NCBI GenBank assembly: GCA_003220685.1
Contig: QHTE01000056.1
Span: 1,231 to 65,230, forward strand
Source: Candidatus Rokuibacteriota bacterium
Lineage (GTDB): Bacteria; Methylomirabilota; Methylomirabilia; Rokubacteriales; CSP1-6
Reading direction: 5' to 3'
Length of the DNA stretch: 64,000 bases
In this document: one piece after another, positions 1 through 9,092 of the stretch
How positions within the stretch are numbered: the first letter of the stretch is position 1
Layout of the letters: the number at the start of each line of letters is the position of its first letter
Notes under the pieces: model-generated
What the model was told of the DNA's origin: nothing
The model's input: the letters and a program-made list of their open reading frames with translations, nothing else
Database searches by the model: none
Program-made: the position numbers and the translations under genes

Positions 1-32
1 CGGTGCTCGACCCGCGCATACGCTACGGATGA
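1..32 (+). CDS. 3' end of peptide/nickel ABC transporter permease (DppB/OppB-like), truncated by window edge
   Basis: Reads ...VLDPRIRYG* (typical OppB C-terminal DPR motif); its TGA overlaps the ATG of the next permease (ATGA at 29-32). Confidence 0.65.
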   Translation, partial: VLDPRIRYG

Positions 33-862
33 GCCGACTCCGACGCTATCCGATGGCCGTCGTCGGCGGTCTGATTCTCGGCGCGGTGATCCTCGCCGCC
101 GCCGGGGCGCCGCTGCTGTCGCCCGCCGATCCGATCAAGCCGAGCTTCGGCAAGCGCCTGCAGCCCCCGCGGGTGCTCGGCGGCGCCCCTCCGTACCTGC
201 TGGGGACGGACAACCTCGGGCGCGACATCCTGGCGCGCCTGCTATACGGCGGCCGTGTCTCGCTCGCGCTGGCGACGAGTGCGGTCGTGCTGGCGGCGGC
301 GGTCGGTGTCGCAGTGGGGCTCGCCGCCGGCGTGCTCGGAGGCCGCGTGGACGACCTCGTCATGCGCGTGGCCGACGTGCAGCTCGCGTTTCCCGTCATC
401 ATGCTGGCGATCGCCATCGTCGCGGTCGTGGGGACCAGCCCGGGCGCGCTCGTGTCGGTGCTGGCGCTCTCGGGCTGGGTGCTCTACGCGCGGACGGTGC
501 GGGCCAGCGTGCTCACGATTCGCCAGCTCGACTACGTGGAGGCGGCCCGCACCCTGGGCGCCAGCGACCTCCGCGTCATCATCCATCACATCCTTCCCAA
601 CACGCTCGCGCCGATCCTTGTCATCGGCTCGAGCCAGTTCGCGACGATGGTCCTGCTCGAGTCAGGTCTGTCCTTCCTCGGCCTGGGCGTCCAGCCACCG
701 CAGCCCTCGTGGGGCGCGATGCTCGCCGAAGGACGCGACTATCTCTCCAACGCCTGGTGGCTGGCGACCGTGCCGGGCATGGCCATCTCGCTCGTCGTGC
801 TGGGCGCCAACCTCCTTGGCGACGGGCTGCGCGACCTCCTCGATCCACGTCTCCGGCAGTAA
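29..862 (+). CDS. Peptide/nickel ABC transporter permease (DppC/OppC family)
   Basis: LLGTDNLGRD, EAA loop (YVEAARTLGAS), HILPN, LSFLGLG...PSWG, GDGLRDLLDPR. Confidence 0.93.
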   Translation: MSRLRRYPMAVVGGLILGAVILAAAGAPLLSPADPIKPSFGKRLQPPRVLGGAPPYLLGTDNLGRDILARLLYGGRVSLALATSAVVLAAAVGVAVGLAAGVLGGRVDDLVMRVADVQLAFPVIMLAIAIVAVVGTSPGALVSVLALSGWVLYARTVRASVLTIRQLDYVEAARTLGASDLRVIIHHILPNTLAPILVIGSSQFATMVLLESGLSFLGLGVQPPQPSWGAMLAEGRDYLSNAWWLATVPGMAISLVVLGANLLGDGLRDLLDPRLRQ

Positions 863-883
863 CGCCCGCGAGCCGCGAAGTGA

Positions 884-1432
884 TGCCGGAGCCGAAGCTA
901 CAATGCTCAAAGCGCGGCCACAGGGAGTCTCGTCTGCCACCGCGACCTCACTCAAGCGTTCTTCTTCCATCCGGAGCACAACCACTGGCATCTGAGAGAC
1001 GTGGCTCTATTCGAAGTGCGCTCGGCGGCACCGGGAGACGACGGTACCGGCGGACGGTGGGGCCCAGTCCTGGGGAATTCGGTCAAGGAGACCTTCTGCC
1101 TCATCGACTACGTGCCCGCTGACGGCACCAAGCCGGAATCGCGCGCGCACTTCTCGTGCTTCGGAGATCAGGGGATCAGCGTTGGTTGGATCGATCAATA
1201 CCATCACTCCACGCCATTGCAGGACATCGATATCACTGGCGCGCCGACGGGCGTTTACTACCTCGTCAGCAAGGCGAACCCGGTCGAAATTTTCCTGGAG
1301 AGCGACTACGCGAATAACGTTGCCTGGACGAGCTTCAGACTGTTGCGCGAGAGCAGTGGCAATGCCAAGATTGCGGTCATCTCGCATTCGCCCTGCACCG
1401 GCGACCTTTGCGGATTCTCGACCAACCGATGA
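884..1432 (+). pseudogene. N-terminally truncated bacterial lysyl oxidase (LOX)-family domain
   Basis: Frame open from 884: FFFHPEHNHWH (Cu-His motif, upstream of the called GTG at 1001), VKETFCLID, QGISVGWIDQY, IDITGAPTGVYYL, NP..FLESDYANN. In-frame TGA at 881 and no start codon before the His motif. Confidence 0.75.
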
Positions 1433-1867
1433 CCTGAGGCTCCGTCGAACATCGCATTTCACCTGACGGCCGGGCTCCACCGAGCATAATGCGGGCGCTC
1501 GTTCGCGCCTCGCGCGTCCAGAGAAGTTCGGATACCCTAGTTTGGGCGGCGTCGTACGCGGTCCGAAAAGATCAGTTATCGGACCGCTTGGGCCAACCTT
1601 TTCAATTCGTCGGGGCTGGCGGCCCGCGCCCGGCTCGTGTCCAACAGCCAGTCCGCGTCGCGTACGGACGGCTCCGAGCGACGGCCCGTTGCTTGCGGCG
1701 ACACCTCTGCAGGAGGCCATCAGTGACGGTGTAAATGCCGTCAAGCGCCTCTTCGGTAACTAGAAAGCAGTCGCAGAGTCCAGCCCCGAGCACAGCCGAC
1801 GCTCCGTTTCTTGACCACGACGCCCAGACACATAGTTGGCCGTATGAGAAGATGGTGACATGTCGAG

Positions 1868-2434
1868 ATGATCTATCAGTTCACGCTCGATCACCTGGCA
1901 TTTCTCCTCGGCATCTCGGTTGTCCTTGCCGCGTGTTCGACTGTGTCCGGGGCGTCGCTCAACAATTCTGCGACGGAGCTGCGTGGCTCCACGGATCAGA
2001 AGCGCGGCTCCGATCCAGAGTCATCTCCGACGGAGATGCCGCGACAACCCCGAGCCGTTCCTTCGCGCGGGGCCGAATCCCACCGGGGCCAGAGAGTTGT
2101 CGCGATCGCGCGAAAGCACGTCGGCACCCCGTACCGATTTGGCGGGACGAGCCCTTCGGGCTTCGACTGTTCCGGTCTGGTTCGGTACGTCTATGCGCAA
2201 GTCGGTGTCTCGCTTCCGCACAACGCCGCGCAGCAGTACCGGCACGGCATGCCGGTCTCCCGCGACCGTCTCGAGCCAGGCGACCTGGTCTTCTTCGATG
2301 GCCTTCGCCACAATGGGATTTACGTCGGCCGCGGCCGTTTTATCCACGCCAGGCAGACCGGCAAGCGAGTAGCCATCGCGAGCCTCGACGACAACTGGTA
2401 CGCCGAGCACTGGGTTGGCGCGCGACGACTCTAG
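1868..2434 (+). CDS. NlpC/P60 (C40) cell-wall peptidase, probable lipoprotein
   Basis: GTPYRFGG..GFDCSG catalytic Cys, HNGIY...FIHA; lipobox-like LAAC after a hydrophobic stretch. Confidence 0.9.
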   Translation: MIYQFTLDHLAFLLGISVVLAACSTVSGASLNNSATELRGSTDQKRGSDPESSPTEMPRQPRAVPSRGAESHRGQRVVAIARKHVGTPYRFGGTSPSGFDCSGLVRYVYAQVGVSLPHNAAQQYRHGMPVSRDRLEPGDLVFFDGLRHNGIYVGRGRFIHARQTGKRVAIASLDDNWYAEHWVGARRL

Positions 2435-2464
2435 CCGATCGCGTGGGCCGCGACAGCGAGGCCG

Positions 2465-4858
2465 ATGATTCCGGTGTCGAACCTGCTCACTCATGTCCGT
2501 GACGCGTGGCGACGGGCCCGCCCGCTCGCGGTCATCGCCCTCAGACGGGCTCGTGGCGTCGGGACGTTCAGGCTCGTCACGCTCGTCGTCGCCGGTGTCC
2601 TCGTTCTCGGCCTGATGACTGTGGGCGTGTACACCGCGGTCGAGTTGTCTCGCTTTCAGCGAGTCGAGTCGCGGCGGACGACGCTGGTGTATGCAGCCGG
2701 ACAACGGCTGGTCCCCGGCGTCAACGTCCGCACGATCGACTTGGCCGGCACACTACGCCGCCTTAAGTACAAAGAGGTGCAGGCGCCCGTCACGGCACCG
2801 GGACAGTTTCACCGAGAGGCGGATGCGTGGGAGCTCTACCTCAAAGGGGTGGGAGACGGCAAAGAGGGCGGCCCGACGCGCGTGCGGCTCGAGCTCGAGA
2901 GCGAACGCATCGCCCGCGTGCTACGCGACGGCGAGAGCCTCGGCGGCGCCGTCCTCGAACCGGAGATCCTCACGAGCGGGGCGACCCGACCCGGTGAGGA
3001 ATATCACCCCATAAGTCTCGCCGATGCGCCCCGCGTTCTGGTGCAGGCCGTCCTCGCCGCTGAGGACCATCGCTTCTTCGAGCACGGCGGCCTCGACGTG
3101 CGCGGGCTGCTCCGCGCCGCGTGGACCAATCTCAGGGCGGGCCGAGTCAGGCAGGGAGGTAGCACGATCACCCAGCAGCTGGTCAAGAACCGGCTGGTTG
3201 GATCCGAGCGGACGTTCTGGCGAAAGCTTCGCGAGGCGTGGCTGGCCACGATCGTCGAGGGGCGATATTCCAAGGAGCAGATTCTCGAGGCGTACCTGAA
3301 CGAAATCTATCTGGGCCAGCGCGGCTCGCTGGCGATCCGCGGAGTGGGCGCGGCCGCGCGAGCGTATTTTGGCACGGAGGTTCATCAGCTCGCGCTCGCC
3401 GACGCCGCCCTGATCGCCGGGTTGGTGCGCGCCCCCAACAGCTACTCTCCAGTCGGCAATCCCGAACGAGCGCGGCAGCGCCGTGATGCCGTCCTGCAGC
3501 GGATGCGCGAGCTGGGGTGGATCACCGTCGCTGATCTCGAGCGCGGACGCCGCCAGCCGATTCGCCTCCAGGCCGTCGCGGTGACCGCCCAGTCGGCCCC
3601 CTATTTCACCGACTACGTCAGACTGGAAGTCGAGCAGCGCCTCGGCGTCGGCGTCATCGACAGCCAGCGCGGCGCGAGGGTCCAGACGCCCCTCGACATC
3701 ACCCTTCAACGGTTCGCTGAGGCGGCCGTCGCGCGCGGGCTCGACCAGATCGAGCGGACCTGGCCGCGCCTGCGCCGAGCTGACGCCGTTGAGCGACTGC
3801 AGGCGGCCTTCGTCGCGCTCGACCCCACCACCGGCGAGATCCGCGCGCTGGTTGGCGGCCGCGAGTACCGTGCGAGCCAGTTCAACCGAGCGGTCCTCGC
3901 TCGCCGCCAACCGGGCTCTGCCTTCAAGCCGTTCGTCTATCTCGCGGCGCTCAGCGCTCGTCGGGGTAGTCCCGCCTTCACCCCCGCCACCTTCGTGGAT
4001 GACACACCGCTGACCCTCAAGGTCGGTTCGACCGAATGGAGCCCGCGCAACTACGAGGACCGATACGAAGGCCGGGTGACCGTCCGACGCGCGCTGGAGC
4101 GGTCACTCAATGCGGCGACGGTACGAGTGGCGCTGGAGATCGGACTCCCGGCCGTGATCGAGACGGCACGAGAGCTCGGCATCCCGGGCCCGCTCGCCGC
4201 CGTGCCGGCGACGGTGCTCGGCGCCTCCGAGGTGACCCCGCTCGAGTTGGCACGGGCCTATCTGCCGTTCGCGAACGGGGGTGTCCGCCATCAGAATTTG
4301 TCCGCAGTGACCGCGGTGTATGAGGCGAACGGTGCCCGCCTCGACGTCCAGAAGTCGGATGCGATCCAGGTCGTGCCGCCGGCCGAGGCTTACGTCATGA
4401 CGTCGCTCCTCGAGGGCGTCATCGAGGCCGGAACCGCTTCGTCAATACGAGGGCTGGGAAACGCGGGGACCGTGGCTGGCAAGACCGGGACGACCAACGA
4501 CGGCCGGGATGCGTGGTTCGTCGGATACACTCCGACGCTGCTCGCACTAGTCTGGGTCGGATTCGACAACGGGGAGGCCCACGGACTGACTGGCGCGCAG
4601 GCGGCGGTCCCCATCTGGGCCGACTTCATGCGGGCGGCCCTGGATGCGTACCCGCCGCCATCGTTCGCTGTGCCCGCCGGGGTGACGACCGTGAAGATCG
4701 ACGCGACCAACGGTCGGATCGCGAATCTCTTCTGCCCGGTCGTGATTTCAGAAACCCTTCTCACCGGCACGGAACCCGCCCCGTGCGAAGAGCACGGCGG
4801 AGTCCCCGCTCCGATTCTGAACTTGTGGCGGCGGTTCTCCGACTGGCTGCGGAGATGA
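2465..4858 (+). CDS. Class A penicillin-binding protein (PBP1B-like; UB2H, transglycosylase, transpeptidase)
   Basis: N-terminal TM; EDHRFFEHGG, QGGSTITQQLVKN, RKLREA, YLNEIYLG; transpeptidase motifs SAFK, SLN, KTGT. Confidence 0.92.
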   Translation: MIPVSNLLTHVRDAWRRARPLAVIALRRARGVGTFRLVTLVVAGVLVLGLMTVGVYTAVELSRFQRVESRRTTLVYAAGQRLVPGVNVRTIDLAGTLRRLKYKEVQAPVTAPGQFHREADAWELYLKGVGDGKEGGPTRVRLELESERIARVLRDGESLGGAVLEPEILTSGATRPGEEYHPISLADAPRVLVQAVLAAEDHRFFEHGGLDVRGLLRAAWTNLRAGRVRQGGSTITQQLVKNRLVGSERTFWRKLREAWLATIVEGRYSKEQILEAYLNEIYLGQRGSLAIRGVGAAARAYFGTEVHQLALADAALIAGLVRAPNSYSPVGNPERARQRRDAVLQRMRELGWITVADLERGRRQPIRLQAVAVTAQSAPYFTDYVRLEVEQRLGVGVIDSQRGARVQTPLDITLQRFAEAAVARGLDQIERTWPRLRRADAVERLQAAFVALDPTTGEIRALVGGREYRASQFNRAVLARRQPGSAFKPFVYLAALSARRGSPAFTPATFVDDTPLTLKVGSTEWSPRNYEDRYEGRVTVRRALERSLNAATVRVALEIGLPAVIETARELGIPGPLAAVPATVLGASEVTPLELARAYLPFANGGVRHQNLSAVTAVYEANGARLDVQKSDAIQVVPPAEAYVMTSLLEGVIEAGTASSIRGLGNAGTVAGKTGTTNDGRDAWFVGYTPTLLALVWVGFDNGEAHGLTGAQAAVPIWADFMRAALDAYPPPSFAVPAGVTTVKIDATNGRIANLFCPVVISETLLTGTEPAPCEEHGGVPAPILNLWRRFSDWLRR

Positions 4859-4980
4859 ACGGCCGACGCTGCGATACAGAATCGAACTCGTGTTCCGGCT
4901 TCGAGGTGACAGGCGTTAGAGAAGTGGGTGTGAAGAGGCACCGGGAAGTGTCCCGATGCCCCCGACACGTGAGACGCGTC

Positions 4981-5095
4981 CGATCAATCCGAATCAGTCC
5001 CGATCAGTCCCGGTCAGTCGTCATCGTCGTGGCGGGAGCCCCTAGCACACGAACAAGCACAAGGCGCTTTCGCGCCCGCGGGGACTGGTCGGGAT
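4981..5095. repeat. Tandem 10-bp repeats (consensus CGATCAGTCC, four imperfect copies) plus an inverted copy next to the tRNA-Leu 3' end
   Basis: cgatcaatcc/gaatcagtcc/cgatcagtcc/cggtcagtcg at 4981-5020; ggactggtcg at 5082-5091 is the reverse complement of cgaccagtcc. Confidence 0.7.
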
Positions 5096-5120
5096 CTTTC
5101 CGTAACTACTCAATTAGGTT

Positions 5121-5207
5121 TGGTGCCGAAGCGGGGACTCGAACCCCGACACCCTTGCGGGCACTAGACCCTGAATCTAGCGCGTCTGCCAATTCCGCCA
5201 CTTCGGC
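5121..5207 (-). tRNA. tRNA-Leu (CAG)
   Basis: Minus strand GCCGAAG...CTAGA-TTCAGGG-TCTAG, long variable arm, GGTTCGAGTCC, CTTCGGC-ACCA; CCA encoded. Confidence 0.97.
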
Positions 5208-5239
5208 CCGAAACGCGTGAGTCATAATACCGTTCGGAC

Positions 5240-5728
5240 ATGGTAAGTCAAGCCAGCAAGGCCTCGGGCGACCGTCCGATCGCGACCAATCGTCGCGCGC
5301 GGCACGAGTACGAGATCCTCGAGACGGTCGAGGCCGGGCTGGTACTCCGCGGCACCGAGGTCAAGTCGCTTCGTGAAGGCCAGGTCAGCTTCAAGGACAG
5401 CTATGCGTCGGTCCGGAACGGGGAGGGCTGGCTCCTCGGGTGCCATATCAATCCCTACAGCCATGGGACGGACGCCAACCACGACCCCGAAAGGGACCGG
5501 AAGCTCCTCCTTCATAAAAGGGAGATCGCGCGGCTCAGCGGCAAGATCAGCGAGCGCGGTCTGACGCTCGTTCCGCTCCGCCTCTATTTCAAGGACGGCC
5601 GGGCCAAGGTCGAGCTCGGCCTGGCGCGCGGCAAGAAGCTCCACGACAAGCGGGCCGCGCTGCGCGAGCGGGAGGTTCGTCGCGAGATGGACAAGACCGC
5701 CCGCGCCGCCCGACGCGGTGCCTGGTAG
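5240..5728 (+). CDS. smpB: SsrA-binding protein SmpB
   Basis: IATNRRARHEY, EAGLVLRGTEVKSLR, RKLLLHKREI, GKKLHDKR; directly upstream of tmRNA. Confidence 0.98.
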   Translation: MVSQASKASGDRPIATNRRARHEYEILETVEAGLVLRGTEVKSLREGQVSFKDSYASVRNGEGWLLGCHINPYSHGTDANHDPERDRKLLLHKREIARLSGKISERGLTLVPLRLYFKDGRAKVELGLARGKKLHDKRAALREREVRREMDKTARAARRGAW

Positions 5729-5729
5729 G

Positions 5730-5738
5730 TGCTATACT
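5730..5738 (+). promoter_or_regulatory. Extended -10 promoter element (TGcTATACT) upstream of tmRNA
   Basis: tgctatact about 25 nt before the mature tmRNA 5' end. Confidence 0.55.
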
Positions 5739-5762
5739 CTTGGTAAATCGGATCGTTTCAAA

Positions 5763-6118
5763 GGGGGCGACAGGTTTCGACGGGGATCAGTGAGGTCCAG
5801 GCTGCGTCTCGAGGTTTCTCTCCCCTCGTTAATAAGAGAGAACGGTATAGCTGCCGACACACAGCTAGCCCTGGCGGCCTAACACCCGTCAGCGCCCGCC
5901 GGATCGAGCCATCAGGGTTCGGGAACGGGCGTCATATTCTGGTGGCTGGCTCCGAACCTGGCCTCAGGGGAGGGGCGAGACTTTTGAGGCTGGCCGCGCG
6001 GTGATCCTGTCGATCGGAGTGCCGCGCGGCGAGAAGCAGTAGCGTAGATCGACTATCGACGTAGACGCCTGCGGCTGAGGGTTTCCGGACGTGGGTTCGA
6101 TTCCCACCGCCTCCACCA
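5763..6118 (+). ncRNA. ssrA: tmRNA; tag peptide (A)ADTQLALAA
   Basis: 5' GGGGGCG pairs with 3' CGCCTCC-ACCA including the G3:U wobble; T-loop GGTTCGATTCC; tag frame gcc gac aca cag cta gcc ctg gcg gcc taa at 5853-5882. Confidence 0.97.
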
Positions 6119-6181
6119 ACAACTCAGACGAATCCTCGAAGCCTCCCCGAGCATCACCCAGGTACCGGGGGGGGATGGCCG

Positions 6182-7207
6182 ATGATTGACGTTCGACTGG
6201 TTGGTGCGGGTATCGACGAGTCGGCTGACGCCACCGCACCGACCGCGGTCGACCACTCGAGCGGCCTCGACGATCGCGATCTGCTCGACTCGTACTCGCG
6301 GGCGGTCGTCACGGTCGTGGAGCGCGTCGGCCCTGCGGTCGTGAGCATTGTGGCCGGCCGCGGGTCGCGCAAGGGGGCGGGCGTCGTCGGCGCCGGATCC
6401 GGTGTGATCTTCACGCCCGACGGGTACGTCCTGACCAACAGCCACGTGGTGCACGAGGCCATCGACCTTGGCGTCACGCTGACCGATGGATCCGCCCTGG
6501 GCGCGACGCTTGTCGGGAGCGACCCCGCGACCGATCTGGCAGTCATCCGGGCCGAGGGGTCCGGGTTGCCGACCGCCGAGCTAGGCGAGTCGGCGTCGCT
6601 CCGAGCCGGGCAACTCGTCGTCGCCATCGGGAACCCGTTCGGGTTTCAGTCGACCGTGTCGGCCGGCGTGGTCAGCGCCATCGGTCGATCGCTGCGAACT
6701 GCCACTGGACGGCTGATCGAGAACGTCATCCAAACGGACGTCGCGCTGAATCCCGGCAATTCGGGCGGGCCCCTGGTGGACACGCGGGCGCGAGTCGTCG
6801 GGATCAATACGGCCATCATTGCGATGGCCCAGGGCATCAGCTTCGCCGTCCCGATCGACACCGCGAAGCGCGTGGTGAGTGAGCTGCTCGCGCACGGCCA
6901 CGTTCGTCGCGCGTATCTCGGCATCGTCGGACAGACGCGACCGATCGACCGCCTGGTCGCGCGGCGCTACGCGCTGTCGCAGGCTCATGCCGTCGAAATC
7001 ACGTCGGTCGTCCCCCGCGGCCCGGCTGCGCTCGCCGGGCTGCGCGAAGGGGATCTGGTCGTCTCGCTCGACGATCGCGCCGTCCGTACGGTGGACGACA
7101 TGCATCGCATGCTGGTCGGCCGGCGCTTCGGCGACGAGCTCACCATCGGGGTGATCCGAGGAGATCGGCGCCTGGACGTCGTCGTGGTGCCTGTGGAAGC
7201 TGAGTAG
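6182..7207 (+). CDS. HtrA/DegP-type trypsin-like serine protease with one PDZ domain
   Basis: GSGVI..LTNSHVV, DLAV, IQTDVALNPGNSGGPL, C-terminal PDZ (GPAALAGLREGD). Confidence 0.93.
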   Translation: MIDVRLVGAGIDESADATAPTAVDHSSGLDDRDLLDSYSRAVVTVVERVGPAVVSIVAGRGSRKGAGVVGAGSGVIFTPDGYVLTNSHVVHEAIDLGVTLTDGSALGATLVGSDPATDLAVIRAEGSGLPTAELGESASLRAGQLVVAIGNPFGFQSTVSAGVVSAIGRSLRTATGRLIENVIQTDVALNPGNSGGPLVDTRARVVGINTAIIAMAQGISFAVPIDTAKRVVSELLAHGHVRRAYLGIVGQTRPIDRLVARRYALSQAHAVEITSVVPRGPAALAGLREGDLVVSLDDRAVRTVDDMHRMLVGRRFGDELTIGVIRGDRRLDVVVVPVEAE

Positions 7208-7321
7208 ATACCCCCTGCGTCGCGGCCTCGCTGGTCGGCTGCGCCAGCACCGGCCCCCTGTGGGCGAAGCTCTCGCCCGCTCGCTAGCGCACCGGGCGGC
7301 TCACGCCGTGTAGCCCTCGAC

Positions 7322-7415
7322 AGTCGGTCACGATCCCGTGAGACTCACGGTCGCAGAGCTCGTGTTCCTCGCGCGCCAGCTCGTTGATCCGATCGAGGAC
7401 CTCCTGATCATCCAC
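7322..7415 (-). pseudogene. 5' remnant of a small DUF2630-like protein
   Basis: RBS (agagggg) plus GTG, then DDQEVLDRINELAREEHEL; resemblance is lost after about 30 codons. Confidence 0.45.
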
Positions 7416-7576
7416 GTCGCCCCTCTCTGATGTTCGCGAAGAGCCGCCTCCGTACAGGTCTTTGGATGCAGGAATGACGGCCGCGGTGACGGCCGAGTGG
7501 AACATTTTTCCCGCGGTCCTGCCCCGAGGCGATGCAATTTGTCAGTTTTCTCAGCGATTTGCAGATAGAGAAATGA

Positions 7577-7616
7577 TGGTACAGTGTGGATGAGACTCAC
7601 ATATAACTCACATATA
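7577..7616 (+). promoter_or_regulatory. Putative extended -10 (TGgTACAGT) followed by a perfect 11-bp direct repeat (ACTCACATATA x2)
   Basis: AT-rich intergenic DNA upstream of the 7687-16029 operon; repeat copies at 7595-7605 and 7606-7616. Confidence 0.55.
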
Positions 7617-7686
7617 AAGGAAGCTGGGCGACGGCTCCAATTGGTTACGCCCGCCTCCGCCAACTCACGACGACACTGATTCTTTT

Positions 7687-8373
7687 TTGATCGCGAACGA
7701 CCGCGCTGCTGTGCTGTTCGACTTCGGCGGAACGCTGGACGCCGACGGGCTTCCCTGGAAAGAACGGATGGGCCGCTTGTTCCGCGACGAGGGCGCCGTC
7801 GTCGCCCGCGACCGCTTCGACCCAGCCTACTACGCGGCCGACGACGCGCTGGTCGGCGCCTTGCCGGCGACGACCTCGTTCCGGGCGACGGTCGAGCGGC
7901 TCGCCGCGGGCGTCGCCGCAGCGCTCGAGCTTTCCGATCCGGCGATCGCCGATCGCGTCGCGCGGCGGTTCCTGAGCGACGCGCGGCACGCCCTCGACGC
8001 GAACACGCCGCTGCTCCGCGAGCTCGGCCGGCGCTATCGACTCGGCATCGTCTCCAACTTCTACGGAAACCTGGCGCAGGTGTGCGACGATGCCGGTATT
8101 CGTTCACTGTTTGGTGTGCTCGTCGATTCGGCCGAGGTTGGATGCACGAAGCCGGCCCCGCGAATCTTCCAGCTGGCACTCGACGCCCTCGGCGCCTCCG
8201 CGGCGACGGCCACCTTCGTCGGCGATTCGCTGCCGCGGGACATGGCGGGCGCGCGCGGCGTCGGTATGCGCCACATCTGGCTCGTCGGAGCCGAGTCGCC
8301 GCCGGCGAAGCCGTGCTGCCGCGACGATCGGCAGATCCGCTCGCTCCGGGAGCTGGAGACGATTCTGCTGTGA
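7687..8373 (+). CDS. HAD-superfamily hydrolase/phosphatase
   Basis: Motif I variant FDFGGTLD, motif II VSN, KP, motif IV VGDSLPRD; TTG start. Confidence 0.88.
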   Translation: MIANDRAAVLFDFGGTLDADGLPWKERMGRLFRDEGAVVARDRFDPAYYAADDALVGALPATTSFRATVERLAAGVAAALELSDPAIADRVARRFLSDARHALDANTPLLRELGRRYRLGIVSNFYGNLAQVCDDAGIRSLFGVLVDSAEVGCTKPAPRIFQLALDALGASAATATFVGDSLPRDMAGARGVGMRHIWLVGAESPPAKPCCRDDRQIRSLRELETILL

Positions 8374-9071
8374 GCGTGTTCGCGGGCGGCATCATCGCTG
8401 CGGGTGAGGGCAGCCGGCTGCGCCAGGGCGGGTTCGCGATGCCCAAGCCGATGGTGCCGGTCGCCGGCGTGCCGCTGATCGAGTCGACCATCCGCAATCT
8501 TCGCGCCGCGCGCGTTGGTCCGCTCGCGATCATCGTGAACGAGCGGGAGCGCGAGTGCGTCGACTGGGTCCGCACCCGCTTCCCCGATCTCGACGTCGAG
8601 TTCATCGTCAAGACGACGCAGTCGTCGCTGGAGAGCTTCGGCGAGGTGATCCGACGGCATCCCGGCGGCCGGATGCTCGTGACGACCGTCGACGCGTGGT
8701 GCCTCGAGTCCGACTTCGTGCGGTTGGTGCAGGCCGCGGCCCGACGCCCGCTCGGCGCGACCGTCCTGGCCGTCACGCCGCTGATCGCCGACGAGACGCC
8801 GCTGCGCGTCGTGATGGCGGCCGACGGCCGAATCGAGGAGGTCGGGGGCGCGACGGGCCATCTCGTCACCGCCGGCATGTACCTGGTGCCCGAATCGGTC
8901 CGTGCCGTGCCGCCGCCCGCTGGCCTCGGCCGGCTGCGCGACTTTCTGCAATGGCTGGCGCGCTCGGGCGCGCCGCTGTACGGCGAGATCATCGAACAGG
9001 TCGTGGACGTGGATCGGGCCGACGACGTGGCACTTGCCGAGACGCTCGCCTTGGCGGGCCGGGTATCATAG
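8370..9071 (+). CDS. Nucleotidyltransferase (NTP_transf; IPCT/LicC-like cytidylyltransferase candidate)
   Basis: IIAAGEGSRL...PKPMVPVAG, C-terminal VDVDRADD; GTG start overlaps the HAD stop (GTGA). Confidence 0.85.
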   Translation: MSVFAGGIIAAGEGSRLRQGGFAMPKPMVPVAGVPLIESTIRNLRAARVGPLAIIVNERERECVDWVRTRFPDLDVEFIVKTTQSSLESFGEVIRRHPGGRMLVTTVDAWCLESDFVRLVQAAARRPLGATVLAVTPLIADETPLRVVMAADGRIEEVGGATGHLVTAGMYLVPESVRAVPPPAGLGRLRDFLQWLARSGAPLYGEIIEQVVDVDRADDVALAETLALAGRVS

Positions 9072-9092
9072 ATCGAATCGAGGAGGCCCCGA

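Noticed and set aside
1558-1587. Inverted repeat GCGGTCCGA-N12-TCGGACCGC
   Set aside because: An isolated 9-bp stem without an adjacent U-tract or second copy; cannot be assigned as terminator, operator or element end.
4981-5020. Short tandem repeats as a possible CRISPR array
   Set aside because: 10-bp units with no spacers and no cas genes; no CRISPR array was seen anywhere in the window.
7590-7679. 29-codon upstream ORF before the HAD gene as a leader peptide
   Set aside because: No RBS, no amino-acid enrichment, no attenuator structure, and a different frame from the HAD gene.
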